NCBI RefSeq assembly: GCF_902652985.1
Contig: NC_047024.1
Coordinates: 22,382,001 to 22,446,000 of the forward strand
DNA: 64,000 nucleotides
Source of the DNA: Pecten maximus
Lineage: Eukaryota
Direction of reading: 5' to 3'
The notes below the pieces were generated by a model that did not search any database, was not told where the DNA came from, and worked only from the letters and a program-made list of their open reading frames with translations. This document shows, in pieces, positions 1 to 14,913 of the stretch (its first letter is position 1; every line of letters starts with the position of its first letter). A program made the translations under genes and the position numbers.

Positions 1-937
1 AGTTCAAACGTGTGCAAATCAATATGTGACATCACTTTATAATCTTATCTGGAGTCAGGACCTAAACTACATGCTGACTTTGCAGCATATATAAATAAAG
101 TTATTTCATCATGTATATTTATAAACATTGAATACAGATCTAGACTACAATTCAATATAATCATCGCATAAAAACAATGTAACTTGTGAGTTAGAGATAA
201 TAGAAATAGGAGCAACACGGTAGTTAATGAAGGGCATGAAGATGATCAAGTGTCAATTAACTGCATGTATAACTCCATTAAATGCCCATTAAATGTTTAT
301 AATTTTCCTCCGCCTCAAACATGCATTAAATGATATACCGATATGTTTTGTCCTACGTTGTAGTCTACACTTCCCACCAAAATATTACAGCGCAGTAAAT
401 GTAAACAATACTAAGATGGCTTGCGACACAGGGTCCCATCCGATACTTCGTGTTTTAGTTTTCATACGTCAAAAACCGAGAGGTAATGTAAACAAAGTTT
501 TGGTTTATCTAGTTTGCTATTTCAGATTCATCCAATTTCCGTCGTTAAGATTATGTGGAATAACTTAAAAGAAACCAATCATTTGGTATACAAACCTTCA
601 TGTGACACTCGATTGGTATGCTATCTTATCTCAGATAAAGTCAAAGAATCCAAAACGAAGTTTTGTTTCGATTTCATTTGTAACCGGAAGTACAGAAATT
701 CACATCGGCGCGAATCAAGTTTTCTTATCATATTGGACATTAATAATATGGATAGCAAAAAAAACGTCCATAAAATCTTAAAATATATAATGACATCAAA
801 AATTGAATGATAATTTTAAATGCTATAGTAATTTCATATATTTATGTATATGAGAAAATATAATGATTTTAATTTACCACATCTGACCAATGAAATGACA
901 GACCCTCTGCCCTTCGGTCATATCATTAGCTTCGAAG

Positions 938-3900
938 ATGGCTTCCCAGCAGAGGAAGCCGATGAAGGGGATCCTTAAATCGTCCTCCAGTTTTGATAAA
1001 CCAGAACCTATTTAGTAAGGAATATACATCAATTATTGATGGTTTTATTCTGTATGAATTGGTGAATTCCTTTTAATGTTGTGACCTAGAATGATATTGT
1101 AGACACAGCACGTCATAATCAGCTGGTTCATTTGTTATGATTATGAGGGGTACTTGTTCACTTAGATTCTATTAGTGTTTTGAAAAAGTCACAAACAGTG
1201 AGTTAGAATCACAGCTTAAATGCGATATCAGAAAGTATTGCGAAACGATTTGCTAATTTACTAAAACAAACATAAATTGTGTTCAAAAATAATCCACCGT
1301 AATAAAATTAATATGAGCACAGGAGCTCATTTCTATAATTGATAAGAAGAAGAAATTTATATATTTGAGTGTAGTATCAGGAATCAATAGAGCATTTGTA
1401 AGATATTATGTTCTATTGATAGTGAACTCTAATATTATTTATACTGATAAATAGAAACCGGGTCCAGCTGTAAAGCGATCAGCAACACACTATTTGTAGA
1501 GCTCTCTGTGCTGACTTTGCTAGTGATCATGACCAGGCAGAGGAGATATTGGAACAATATAGGATTTTGTCCATCTGTCAGTTAGTCCATGGCTATGAAC
1601 CATTTTGTTGAAGTGAAGACATGAAATGTACAACTTCTAAGATTGGTTTCTGGGCCTACACCATACCAATTTTTTGGATAAGATTAATAAATGTTGTTTT
1701 GAAAATCATTATCATTATGAATATTAACATTAACATAATATAATTAACATGCCTCAATACAAAACATAACAAGTGATCAAACCTGTCCATCTATAAACCT
1801 CACACTCATTACAAAGCTGTGAACGGCAAACTATTCCATGAAGACCTACAGTATGCCTCATACTCTTTTACTGAATAGTCTGTATACCAGCATCTATAGT
1901 CCAACACAACATTCTCATTCCTGCAAGTCCTGGAAGATGACTTGCACACAACCTCATCTACAGACACACTGATAATGGCATTGAGCCATTCCTCCGGAGA
2001 CATCTACCATATTCATTCTTTGCATAGATATCAAACACTAGTACTGCACCACCTTAAGCTTGTCTCCAGTCATAATACCTTTAAGAAGTAAAACGATATT
2101 TATCTACTACACACTGGAAGACACTATGTCTTAGCTTACACCAAACATACCTAAGGTTCTCCATATCCATCTCATAGCTAAATGGAAAAAAAGGTCACTT
2201 TTATTAGATAAGATTTCATCATTCTATAAGAAATCTTCATGACTGAGAAAGAAAAGAACTTATAAAGAAGGTGATATCATAATGTACTGTTTCATCTTAA
2301 ATCGATTCCTGTGTATCACTTTGTCCAGGGTAATCATGTACACAATTCGTCTACAAATTTTAATTTTATATTTATTTCAAAAACCACTGATCTTGTTTTA
2401 TTACTAGACAAGTATATACTATATATAATGTATACAAATACTTTCTAGCACAACAAACACACCTAGGGATGGGAGGAAGGAGATGACTTGGGATGAAATG
2501 AATATATTGGCAACACATCATCCCGCGGATAAAGATTATGGCCACATGAAGATTGATGAACCCCTTACACCATACAGCAAATATTCTGACCCCGAGGATG
2601 AGGAAGGAGAGACACACCAAAGACGCAGCAGCATTAGTGAGAAAGAAAGTGAACTGAATGCAGAGACAATTGCTTCAAGGTTAGATATCGATAAGATGTT
2701 GTCCATGTTTTGGAATCTGTTTCTATCATCCATCAGCTTTCTTCCTTTGAAAGCCTACTTATTCCATCCTCCTGAATGACTTATAAGATTTGATCAAATG
2801 TTCTATGCAACCAGGGATGTCATAACGGTTCTGCTTAGCTCTTCATATGGAGTCCTCAATAATTTTTCAAATCCCCACTCCATAAGGCCCCACTCCAAGT
2901 AAATAAAATTTCAGCTTATAAAATGAATTTTGATATATCTTCCCTCTCTAATGATATCTTAGCCATATTTGTTACAAAGCAATTTCTTATAAAGAAAGAC
3001 ATACATTGATAAACACTCTATTGGACTTTTGTACCTTTCGCCATGTGTGGATATTCATTTTCCTATAACATCTTTTCATCCTCAGATTAAATGAAGAAGG
3101 AATTAATCCAACTGTGCTTAGGGATCATGCTTCTATAGACGAGGAATCTGAATCTTCTGACGAGGAACCTGAAAATCCAGAAAAAAGAGGTGAGGAATGA
3201 TTCTGATAGAATTTATATTAATTGCATTTTTACGGGTGAAATATAGAAAATCAAACTAATAAAAGTTATATTTTCACTGCAGCTATGAGCAGTGAAAATA
3301 TAAGTTTTGCATTGAAAATATAAGTTTTGCAATGAAAATATAAGTTTTCCATTTATGACCAATCAGAGCTAACCTTTAATTTGTATTCACCTCTTTGAAA
3401 CTTTTCCAGTCGAAACGAAGATAGATAAATTGGTTATTTTGCTGTATTTCTGAAACAATATTCAAAGCAAGGTTTTTCTAAAAAAAAACACAATGTCTTT
3501 ATGACATTTTCAATATGAATAACCTTGTACTTGTCTCTAATGCTTCAGTTTAGACATTGTGCATGTTTTAAGAGCTAGGCAAATTTTATTTAGAATTTTT
3601 TTAATGATTTTCGATATTCTGGAGAGTTGTATATCATGAAAAAGGACTGTTTTCAAAATATCTACTGATATAATTAGATACAGCTTTGCAGTTTTCCGTG
3701 AGCCCACCATTTAATTTATTATCTCAAAATTCAAAAATCTCCGGGCCTCAACATTTTGTATTGTGTTAAAGATACTCTGAACATGGTTAACACTAGAGAA
3801 GTTTCACATACAGTACAAACAATAATGAGCAAATTTTCAAGGGTACAGCATCTTTCATGTGTATCTATATATAACTTTTAAATAACTATAGCGGTATATC

Positions 3901-4602
3901 TAATCAAGTGTATATGATGCGTTATTGATAAATTAACTATTCCACAATACTGTAAATCACTTCTGTTTCATGTGCGATTTATTTTCACATTAATATGCAA
4001 GGAGTGTTTATCACGAATTCAAATCTGTCGCGATTATTTGTATGAAAATAACACCTGGATGTAGGCCAAGCTATCTGTTAACGATATAGGAGTATTGAAG
4101 AGTCTATGACTCTAAAAGCTCATCATTCCTGAATTTAAAGTAATTTCTAAATCAACGTTCATGAAATCATGTATTTGCGAAAATCGAATATGTCTTAAAA
4201 GGTAAGTCCACGAAATAAAGTATTCGTGAAATCTTGATTTACAGTAGTGGTGTCGTTAAGAACAATATTCTGATATTGAGGTATTGACCCTTTCTTTTTT
4301 CCTTGGCATGGATTCCATTTAAATGTTGATTTGGTTATAATAAATAGACATTTGCAGTAATTGTAGTGCCTTTTATTTCAGCTGAACGGAAAGCTTTTGA
4401 GCAAAAGAGAAAGCTGCATTACAATGAATTTCAAGCTGTCAAACTAGCCAAGCAGTTGATGAAAGATGAAGATGATGACGATGAAGAGGATGATGATGAT
4501 AATGAAAGTAACAAATTAGAAAATAATGTGACAGACTCAAGTCAACAGCCAAATCGGGATTCAGCATTAACGGAGGATTGTAAACAGTCCGCCGGACAAT
4601 GA
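938..4602 (+). CDS. PPP1R2: Protein phosphatase 1 inhibitor-2 (~210 aa, 4 exons)
   Basis: Exons 938-1014, 2449-2679, 3086-3189 and 4382-4602 have GT-AG ends and consistent phases (633 nt). Motifs: KGILK (SILK), [44 protein letters not shown]. Confidence 0.95.
3215..3375 (-). mobile_element. Degenerate Crypton-like non-autonomous remnant
   Basis: Hairpin TATTTTCACTGC...GCAGTGAAAATA, three GAAAATATAAGTTTT repeats and a CCAATCAG box. The layout resembles the other Crypton-like elements in the window. Confidence 0.35.
3948..4246. mobile_element. MITE with TA-flanked CTGTAAAT...ATTTACAG ends (Tc1/mariner/pogo-like)
   Basis: TACTGTAAATCA at the left end and TGATTTACAGTA at the right end. Similar elements lie near 30172-30389 and 44970-45175. 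Confidence 0.55.
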
Positions 4603-7557
4603 TGTATATGTTATAACTGTTAGACATTGTTCCATAGGTAACGGTGTTCCGCTGTTGTGTTAAAGCTAGGTTATACAAGGTAACCGTTTGTGTTTGTATG
4701 TTGGGTACAGTATACGTTTATAGCTTGTTACGGTGTGTTGAAAATTAATATATACAAATGTTTAGCCTGCACGTATCCCTGATTGTTCAAACCGCTATTT
4801 TCTGATCATGAGAAAGTCAAAGAATTGCAGATTTATAAATTGTCTTTTTTTACTTATCTCTAGTTTATGACTTACTAACTTCCTTCCACAAAATTCTGTC
4901 CATTGTATGACAGAAAGGGTGCATTCAAAGTCCGAAACCTCCACACGTAATATTATGTGTTGATTTCACCAGGTTGACTAGAAAATTTCTCTTGTGCAAG
5001 GATCTCACTCTGTCAGTTCAGGTGTGTTATATAAGTATGATCACATGGTTTTGAACGCACTCTTTGTTGATGATAGAGACCGATATAAATATATTATGTA
5101 TATTTATGTGTAAACAACATGTAATAATGGGTATTATGGGTAGATGTATATTTTATATGATGGTAATGGGTACATTATACTCCCAACTAACTCAATTTTA
5201 TTTCCAATTTTTGTAAAACCTATCAACTATACATAAATTCAAAGTTCATTCTTCGGTTGTCTATTTCTTCGTTGTAAATTTTTTTTTTTTGAAGAAAAAG
5301 AATAAAGGTGAGGAAATATATAACAGTTCATGAACCCATGAACCTGAAGAGGCTTTCATGCCTGTTATATCAATTCAAAATGGTTTCAGTGGTGTCTACA
5401 ATATGAACACCCTTGGACTTGAACTGAGCAAAGATTTTATCAAAATTTAAATTTTTAGTGTTTTTCTGTCAACAAACAGATTAATTACCACAGAAGTACA
5501 ATTTGTAAAATCAGAGAGAGAAAAGGAAAATTCTCCTTTTGGATTCTTGTGTATTAAATTTCATAAAATTTTGTGAAAAAGTATTGATACTTTTTGATTC
5601 ATACCTGTAAAAGCTGATTCTAAATCTTAGTCATGTTCTGTTCATGCCACTGTTCTTCAAATTTATCCAGATATGCAAAATTTAAAACGGCCATATACTT
5701 GTACATTTTCAGTGTTTTGTGTAAACATTAGGGCATTTATGTTCTCTTAAAAAATGTCTATATTTTATACTACAAAAATTAATTGTTGTTCATAATGATG
5801 GAATTGTGACATAAAAAATATTTTTTATTAAAAAAAGGTACATGTATATGCAAGCTTTATTATGGACATATATACATGAGAACCCATATACCCCAGTTCT
5901 GTACAGTTATATGTAGTCCACATACCTGCCCTCTGTTATATGGCTGTACACCAGTGACTGATCACAACAGTTTTCATCAGGCCTTTTAATTACCATTTCA
6001 CAATGACAAATGAAATGTAGCAGAAAACGTTTGTTTTGATGGCAAGTATTATGTTAAAATCTTCTGTTGGGCGGTTGGAGATCAGTCAATCACACAATAT
6101 GTGTTACTGCCCTCTTTAATATGATCATCATTTTATGAATTTTTTCTGTTCGTTGTGTAATAATACAATATTCTACAATTGATTTTCTGTCCGTTGGTAA
6201 GATTGTATTGACATTGAAACAAGTGCTATGTTTGTAATTTTTTTTTGTATTATTTTTTTTAAATTTGGAATGGGGCTCTAATTCGATTCCAAGTCCAAAA
6301 GAAAAAAGTCCTGATTGACGTTGAAACAAGTGCTATGATTTAATTCCTCCTGAAAATGTTGTAACCTAGAGAACCCTGTGTGTTGTGCTGTACTATACAC
6401 TGGATAGTTAAGTGTGAATTTGAGTGTGCTTAGGTTATTTATGTTGTTATTAGAATCATCATAATTATTAGCTATGCAAGAATTCCAGAAAAATCTCAAA
6501 ATATTTGTTTTATAAAAAAAAATTGAGCAAAATTTTGTTAAAAGGTTTGACAGTAAATCTTGCAAAAATGTATGAATTCAATGTACCAATCTTTTGTAAT
6601 GTTTTTAAGGCACTTCTCACACAGTCCCGTTCTAGCATGGCTAATACCAGAAGTCTGTGATGTTTGATTCTACAAGAATTTCATGATCTCCCAGACTACA
6701 CCATATAGTGTTCACCTGATGAGAGTGAGAGAAAAAAAAACTACAAAATCTTCCTGATTTGAAGAAAATTAAATTTTCAGATTTTCACCTTTGAAGTTTA
6801 TCATCTTTATTTCATCGGAAATTAAGTTACAAGTGATTAAAATGATTAAAAAAAAAAATACTTTGTTGAAATTGCTCTTGTCCACAGTTCTTTTGTAAGT
6901 CCTACAGTGAACCAGCAGAGATCAATATTAAAGATGAGGTTTAAAACAATTTTTAGGGTTTGTTGCAATATGTGTGCAGAACGTTTTAATACAGATTTCA
7001 TAGATGTGAGAATTGTAGATTCAGGTTTGATACTGTGTATGTAGAATATACTTATAAGTCACAAGGTTTAGCTTTACGTATTGTCGAGTCTTTGTTTTGT
7101 ACATAATTAGGATCTGATTGCTGTATTTTGTAAAATCGTATAGCAATACTGAGCTGTAGGAACAAGAATGTTTTAATGCTCTTGAAGTCTGACAGATTTT
7201 CTGATCATGATAGTTGTTCATTTGATTATGTTAAGTGCTATTTGAGAAATTCTGTGTCATTGTCACCTTCTGTGACCCCTCCCACTCACTGTTATGTTTC
7301 CCAGGGGAATGTTTATTCAAATGATACTGAGTAATGAAACCCATCCATTTGTATTAAACATTTTATATACAGACGAAGGTTCCATGATGAAACGACCTAT
7401 GTTATGCATAGATTAACCTATGCTATGCAATACAACACTACATATTTTGACATATGGCATTTGGCTGAATATTGAAATTGTTTCAAGATATACTTTTATA
7501 CAGGACAGGTATTTGATTAAAAATATTCAATTAAAACAACAAAAATGTTTCATAACA

Positions 7558-7710
7558 GGTAACACAAGCACGTAAATTAATGACATCATCAAAAAAGTTA
7601 TATATATGCGAAAATAGGCAACACAAGCACATAAATTGATGACATCATCAAAAAAAAGTAAATACATGTCATAAAGCAACACAAGCACATGAATTGATGA
7701 CATCAACAAA
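7558..7710. repeat. Short tandem repeat, ~3 x 59 bp
   Basis: AACACAAGCAC..AATT.ATGACATCA recurs at about 7561, 7620 and 7678. Confidence 0.7.
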
Positions 7711-8088
7711 TACAATGTGTAAATGGCAATATGATTGGAGGACAACAGCTTAACTTACTTTGTTGATGTCTTAGATTTTTTAAATGTTCAGGCTATAGAT
7801 TATCAGTCATAAAATGTTTACCTCACCTGGCCAAAATATACAACATAAATTATTAAGATTGTATATCGCAATACTTTGAATGGTGAATCACAATAAATTT
7901 ATATTTGAAATATCTATACATAAGTCATATAACCTGCTTCGGAGTTGGATGCTTAGATGCACTAGGTATATACACACATGTATTTTGATTTGGCAGTTTT
8001 ACACCATTTTTAGACAGTAGTGGTATGGTTAATCCTGTATGCATGAAGAAACAGATGGTACTAGTATATATCGTAATATGTTAAACCT

Positions 8089-8433
8089 AAGGTGTGTTCA
8101 GGATGACGAGCGAAGAATTCAAAATGGCGACCTTCAGTTTAAATGTTAAATTAATTGACGTGTTATTCGGTTATTACAGTGAAATTTAAAACTCACCACA
8201 AGAGCTTGGTCACCATAATTTTTTTTTTTCAAATTCTTTTGACAATGACTTCAACTTCTTTTTATGAATAATTTGTATGCAATTCATTTATTCTCGCTCT
8301 TAATTCTCAAACCTCCTCATCGTAATTCTGTTCAAATCCATGTTGGATTTGATGGCAAATTGCTCTGTGTGTAGTAACATGTGTGCAACCACTCACTGTC
8401 ATTTGAAAGCGCTCTGTAATCCGAACATGCCTT
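8089..8433. mobile_element. Degenerate MITE
   Basis: Imperfect terminal inverted repeats: AAGGTGTGTTCAGGATGACGAGCG versus the reverse complement AAGGCATGTTCGGATTACAGAGCG. Confidence 0.4.
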
Positions 8434-11400
8434 GAGTATTTATTTCTTGTTAAATACTGGATGTCTTATTTATAATGCAATGCACCGTAACTGATACATG
8501 CTAAATATATACAGTATAGCTATATATCTACTTTTGTATATTATACAGATGTATTTTTAAAAAAGATATCTCCAATATTGATCTGTTGTCAGTAATAAAT
8601 ATATCATCAGTATACCTATTACAAAGTGCTATTTTGCCACAAGTATTATCAGCAAGTATATTTGCTAAGAGCCTATGACACTTCAGAAAGTGTCTGATTA
8701 AATAATAAATTTCCTGATTCATGTCGGATATATTGTTACACAATGTTGTGCACTATGTAATTCAGTGAAAGGAAATGCACATAACGTACATATACACATA
8801 TTTTGCATTTTTGAATGTTTGTTATTTTTACAAAAATAACTTAAGTTTGATGTATGGATCACAGGGAATTGGCACAAATTCCTCCCTGGTCCATATATAT
8901 ATTATTATGAATGCATATATATGGACAGTGGGATGGAAATTTGTGCCAAGTCCCTGCGTAATCGAGTAAGTCAAATTCATAGTAAACAGACATAACTCCA
9001 GACTTAAGATATGTAGCTAGGATTTCTTAACTGATAGATTTAGTCGGGTTGAATTTTAGAATGGAAACATCAGTGTAACTATAATCGACAAATTTCTGTG
9101 ATAGCTTGAACAAGAAAAATTACATTCCTTTCAAAATTGTGACTGACATAGGTTTTAGATATTATTTAGACATTATATCTACTGGGTAGATACTTTGATC
9201 GTAACATTAAAACAAAATATGGCTGAAACATAGCCAAAATGTGTGTATTTATAGTAAATTTGACCATAAAACACTTTATGTCATATAAATGCAAAACATG
9301 ACTGAAATTTAGCCAAGATATTAATGTGTTACGTTGTTATCCGTAAACTGATATACCAGTTTGGATTTTAAGTTTGAAGGCATACTTCAATAAGTGCTGC
9401 GACTTTAGACACTAGTCCTATGCCCATGGCTAGTAATTTTTGATTCGGACTAGTGGAAAATCCTTGAATTTCAATATAATTTTCATAATAAACACTGCAT
9501 TTTGCTTGTCCTGACTAGTGCTTGAAAATGTTAGCGTCACAGACTGCTTCAACTATTTTATTTTTCGTTAACACAGGTAACAAGTTATATTAATGATGGT
9601 TTAGATGGCAAATATTTCACATCCACATTTAGCACAAAAGAAAACAAAAATTTATATAGAAAATATATTTGTATTTAAAACAATTAAAAACGGTTATCCC
9701 AGATTTGATACTTTTATCCTTAATTATTTATGTGTGTACGATGTAAGTCCTATTTCTGTTGTGTGCGAGAATTTATTGCGATTATAGATGTGGTTTAATG
9801 CATAATATGATTGAATGCTTCAGCTTGTACATGAACGTTTCAAATGCTTTAAATAACTCTACACCCACAAATATACCTTTCTTCCATATTCTGTTATCAT
9901 ATTATAAGCAGAATAAATAATTAGTTATTTTCCTATGAAGTAGCAACAGATTCCTGTTACTTTGTTTTCAGAAACTGGATAAATTTCTTCCAGCCACGTC
10001 ATTAAGAAAACATTCATGTGAAAAACTGTATTTATATTATAATTCCAACAATTTGATTGCCTAGATAAGACTTAAATTTACTGTAAATCTCTTTATTTTT
10101 GCGTGTAATTATTTTTCAGGTCAATTTAAATGCAGACTCCAAAGTTATCTTAAACATTAACAGCATTATATTACCCAGTAATTCTATAGAAAATAAATAT
10201 AAATTTTTATAGAGCTTTGTCTCAGTCAGGAATTAAATAAAAGCACTTCTGAATAAAAGCTGTTAATATTTGAATTGTAGTACCCTTAAAACATTAAAAT
10301 GTAAAAATTAAACAATTTGCAGTAACTTTTTTCATCCGCTTCTTAATTGCATTCTTAGAATTAATTTTTGTTAAATTTTGTTTTAGAATTAAAAACCATT
10401 AAATCTGTTGTTCCTTATCGTCTTTAAAATACAAGTTTATTGTGACAGAGCCTATTGAAAAATGTTGATTGGTAATATGGATTTTTTTTTCTTTAATTGA
10501 CATACATATTTGTCAGATTTCTTCCACATAGTGGAGTTTAGTTTGGTTGTTGTTTCTCTCGTGGAATCTTTCGAAACCCTCCCATCCACTGACATGGGAT
10601 GATGTATTTTGAGGTGTCCGTAATAATACTATGCTAAATGCTATATAGATTCCATCCCAAACAAATGAGATTGAACATGTTTTAACATATCTTTTTTATT
10701 TGTAATTTTCTTAGTAAAAAGATCTGTTTTGTTGTTCATTTGTTTGTAACATTGACATTCTTTGGTACTTCACAACAGAAAAGGACATATCATTTATACT
10801 TTGTTACGTATGAATTAATTATATATTATTGATTTGATAATGTGCTTGTATTGTGACTATTTGATGTTCATGTATATATCAAGTAAAGTGTAAGTGTGTA
10901 TAGTTTAGATTTTGAACAATGAAACTTCATGAGTTTGAAATCTAAGTCAAATATAAGCATTGCTAAAGATTAAAAGATTGAGTATTTCGTACCAGTTTTT
11001 ATTGTTACTACAAAATCAAGTATATTTACAATATCCACTTCCAACAACCATTGATACAAAAATTGTGATGAACAAATTATTCATTACAAATTTCTCAATA
11101 AATGATTTCAAAAATTCAATGTTCCTTTGTGCCTTTTTAATACAGAAGAAAAAAAGAAGGCATCTGTGAAATAATGTTTTTAATCAGTAATTGAAGTTTT
11201 AAAATATGTCGAGGATACAATATTCTGGATTAGAGCAATCGGATAAAAAAAGTTTTTAAAATTTGGATTGGATAAAATATTGAGTCTGGTCAATGCTAAC
11301 AGTCAGATATATCGGCAATAAATTCAAAGCAATTTTCTTTTGATATTTCGATAATCAGTTTCAAATTTTCCAATGAACATTAGTCACAAAAATGCGACAA

Positions 11401-12389
11401 ATATTATTGTAGCACCTTGTAATATATTGGTACTGTATAAATTTGTCATCCGTGGTTTTAAACTTTTCGCTTTACATGGTTTGTAATCTATCCTCAAATT
11501 AATCTCAAAAGTATTGAAAGAAAAAAACGACTTTTTCTTCATGCTCTTTATTATTTTTGTATAAAAAAGTAAGTAAAAACAGTATTACAATTTTGAAACA
11601 TTCAAACATTTCTGATAACACTTTGTAAATTAATAAAAGAGCATATTCAAAGAACTTTCCCTTTAAACAGTTGTAATTAAATTCAAAAGCAATTGGATTT
11701 GCAGAGGCTAAAGATAGTTATAAATGACTTTCCACAGGCTCCACAGGGATTTGAAACAATATACCCATCTTCACAGTCCAAATAATATCTACTAGTCTAT
11801 GTATTATAGATATCTATCGCAAAGTCCCTGTGATTGACCCACGTGTATTAATTGAGTGAACACAACTTGATTTCATTTGTTACCGAGTTTTGAAACTGAA
11901 AAAGAAAAAAGAAAAGATTTGATACTCTTTGCCTGAGGGAGTGTTTACACATTTATATAGTCACTGATCATCATATGTTATCCAATGTTGGTTGTGATAT
12001 ACAAATGTCTATTCACATCATTTATAGCATTTATAATGATTAATAAAAATGTATATAAATGATTAAAATTGATATTGTATTAAATAGTAAGCATTGGGGA
12101 GAGTTGACGATCAGTCTATCGATGTTGGTATTTTGATGTTAGATGCTTGCAACTGTCATCATTGTTGAACAGTAGATATTCAATGTACAATAGACACGTC
12201 ATTGTAATTTGCTATTCACACCCTAGAGCATTATGTATAGTAGTCTGAGTTTCCTCTGGCCCCAATGCCAAATATTAGACATCTTGATTGACAGATCAGA
12301 CATTTGTCTGTAAAAAATGTCTTAAAATCTTGTGGTGTGGTGAGAGGAGACTAAAGCTATGTAGAATATTGGCTTATAACATACATGAT

Positions 12390-13170
12390 ATAGAAATAGC
12401 AAATACAGAAATATACAGAAAATGTAGAAATGGCATACAGAAAATATAGAAATATACAGAAAATATAGAAATATACAGAAAATGTAGAAATGGCATACAG
12501 AAAATATAGAAATATACAGAAAATGTAGAAATGGCATACAGAACATATAGAAATATACAGAAAATGTAGAAATGGCATACAAAAAATATAGAAATATACA
12601 GAAAATATAGAAATATACAGAAAATGTAGAAATGGCATACAGAAAATATAGAAATATACAGAAAATATAGAAATATACAGAAAATGTAGAAATGGCATAC
12701 AGAAAATATAGAAATATACAGAAAATGTAGAAATGGCATACAGAAAATATAGAAATATACAGAAAATATAGAAATATACAGAAAATGTAGAAATACAGAA
12801 AATATAGAAATATACAGAAAATGTAGAAATGGCATACAGAAAATATAGAAATTACAGAAAATGTAGAAATGGCATACAGAAAACATAGAAATATACAGAA
12901 AATGTAGAAATGGCATACAGAAAATATAGAAATATACAGAAAATGTAGAAATGGCATACAGAAAATGTAGAAATAGCATACAGAAAATATAGAAATATAC
13001 AGAAAATGTAGAAATAGCATACAGAAAATGTAGAAATAGCATACAGAAAATATAGAAATATACAGAAAATGTAGAAATAGCATACAGAAAATGTAGAAAT
13101 ATCGCACAGAAAATAGAGAAACTTCGCATGAAAAAATAAAGAAATATTGCATACAGAAAATATAGAAATA
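12390..13170. repeat. Purine-rich minisatellite with mixed 20/22-bp units (ATACAGAAAATRTAGAAAT[GGC])
   Basis: About 37 directly visible units. A degenerate continuation lies at 13380-13480. Confidence 0.95.
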
Positions 13171-13224
13171 GGTTATATCAACTTATATTAACACTCTTGT
13201 TGGCCCAGATAGAAGCACATGAAG

Positions 13225-13380
13225 GGTCTTATTACTAGGAGGGAAATCAGAATTACCCCCTGGGAAAACCCATGTGGTTAGGCAAGTGACCCCTTACCTT
13301 TTCACATCCAATTGGGGAATCGAACCCTGGCCGTCAAGGTGAAAGGCAAAAGTGTTACCACTGTGCCAGCCAGCCAGCCA
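13225..13380 (-). mobile_element. tRNA-derived SINE (degenerate, V-domain-like)
   Basis: The reverse strand shows A-box-like TGGCACAGTGG and B-box GGTTCGATTCC, followed by a GGGTTTTCCC...GATTTCCCTC segment. Confidence 0.6.
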
Positions 13381-13666
13381 GAAAATATAGAAACAGCATA
13401 CAGATAATATAGAAATAGCATACAGAATTTATGTAGAAGTAGCATACAGAAAATGTAGAAATAGCATACAGAAAATGTAATAAGCAAAATCATAACTTTG
13501 CATAATGTTTCTGGCATGAAAAATGCTATAATATGTACGTTTACTGTATATATACTCTAGTGTATCAAGTGATAGTGAGAAAAAATATTGGTACTGCCAT
13601 ATCATCATAATCAATTTGATTATGATGATATGGCAGTACCAGTATTTTGACAAATGGTTACAGTTA

Positions 13667-14308
13667 TTAGCTCACCGGTTACGAGTAACCGAGAGCTTTA
13701 AATGCTGTCGCCCGGCGTCCGCGTCGGCGTCCCACCCCAAAACTTTAAAGTTTTTGGAAAGCTTGTAAGTCCAAAAGTATACACCTCACGCCCTTCTAAT
13801 TTGGCTTATACATTCATTAGAGGTCTATTAGTGATGTTATGGCAAAATCATGCAGAAAAAAAATGTGATTTTTTTCGCATTTTACCATTTTGTGGACTTG
13901 ACTCTTTTGGCACCAAAACTCACTTTAAAGTTTTGGGGGCAAGTCCAAAAGTATACACCTATCGATATATCGTTCTTTTAATTTGGTTTAAACATTCATA
14001 AGAGATCCAGGAGTGATGCTGTGGCAAAATCATGCAGAAAAAGTTTGTGATTTTTTTTTTGGCATTTTACCATTTAGTGGACTTACGTTTTTTGACACAA
14101 AAACCCTTTAAAGATTTTTGGGGTAAGTTTTGGAAAGCTTGTTAGTCCACACCCTTCTTATATGGTTTATACATCCATTAGAGGTCTAGGAGCGATATTA
14201 TGTGACATACAATTTCAAAATGTCATGCTTATACATACATAAAAAATGAATGCATATAGTGTGATTGCTGCCGCCGGTGAGCTTTCACAATCATTGATTG
14301 CACTTGTT
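13667..14308 (+). mobile_element. Helentron-type non-autonomous element (HINE)
   Basis: 5' TTAGCTCACCGG with a nearby inverted copy, a CGTC-type microsatellite, ~174-bp internal repeats, and a 3' CCGGTGAGCT followed by a hairpin and a CTTGTT end. Confidence 0.75.
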
Positions 14309-14913
14309 ATAATTATCTTGTCTTTAACCAGACATTATCATGAAAACATGCAGTTCCTGGAATTTTGTGTATGATGTACATGTATATAGCTAACAGTTGT
14401 TACTTTTATAGTCTATGAAAAACAGTTGCCTCTCTAAGTATTCAGATAAAAATATAAATATTACAAATAGATCATCTGCATGCAGAAATAATGTTTAAAC
14501 TAAATGGCCTAAATGTACCGGGTAATAAAGATGGTAAGTGCAGGTCCCTGTGGGCCTCTTTAATATCATCAGAATGTATCAAATAATTTATTTATATATT
14601 GCAGAGGAACATCTGTCAATCTCATCTGAATATACTGATTATATAATTAAAATGTATGCTGTAGCAAGTAGTTTTGTTCTCTGTTAGATTAAAAGGATGA
14701 TTTCAGAAACTCAGGAAAGCATGCATGATATTATATATTACTGATATATAGTGTTGTCAAAGGAAAGGAAATGGATGTCCGATTGTTTAAGCAATTTATG
14801 AGGCAAAAAGAAAACCAACCTATTTGTTAGATACAGTAAACTGTTCACCCTTTGTAAGATTGATTGTACTATTGTATTAGCGTATGTGTCATCAATCGTC
14901 TTCCCTTCGAAAA

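Noticed and set aside
1790-2150. C-rich stretch in PPP1R2 intron 1 resembling a retroelement fragment
   Set aside because: No recognisable protein motif in the frames I examined.
12322-13152. ORFs of 251-276 aa rich in F/Y/C/I
   Set aside because: They are translations of the purine-rich minisatellite with no domain or splice context.
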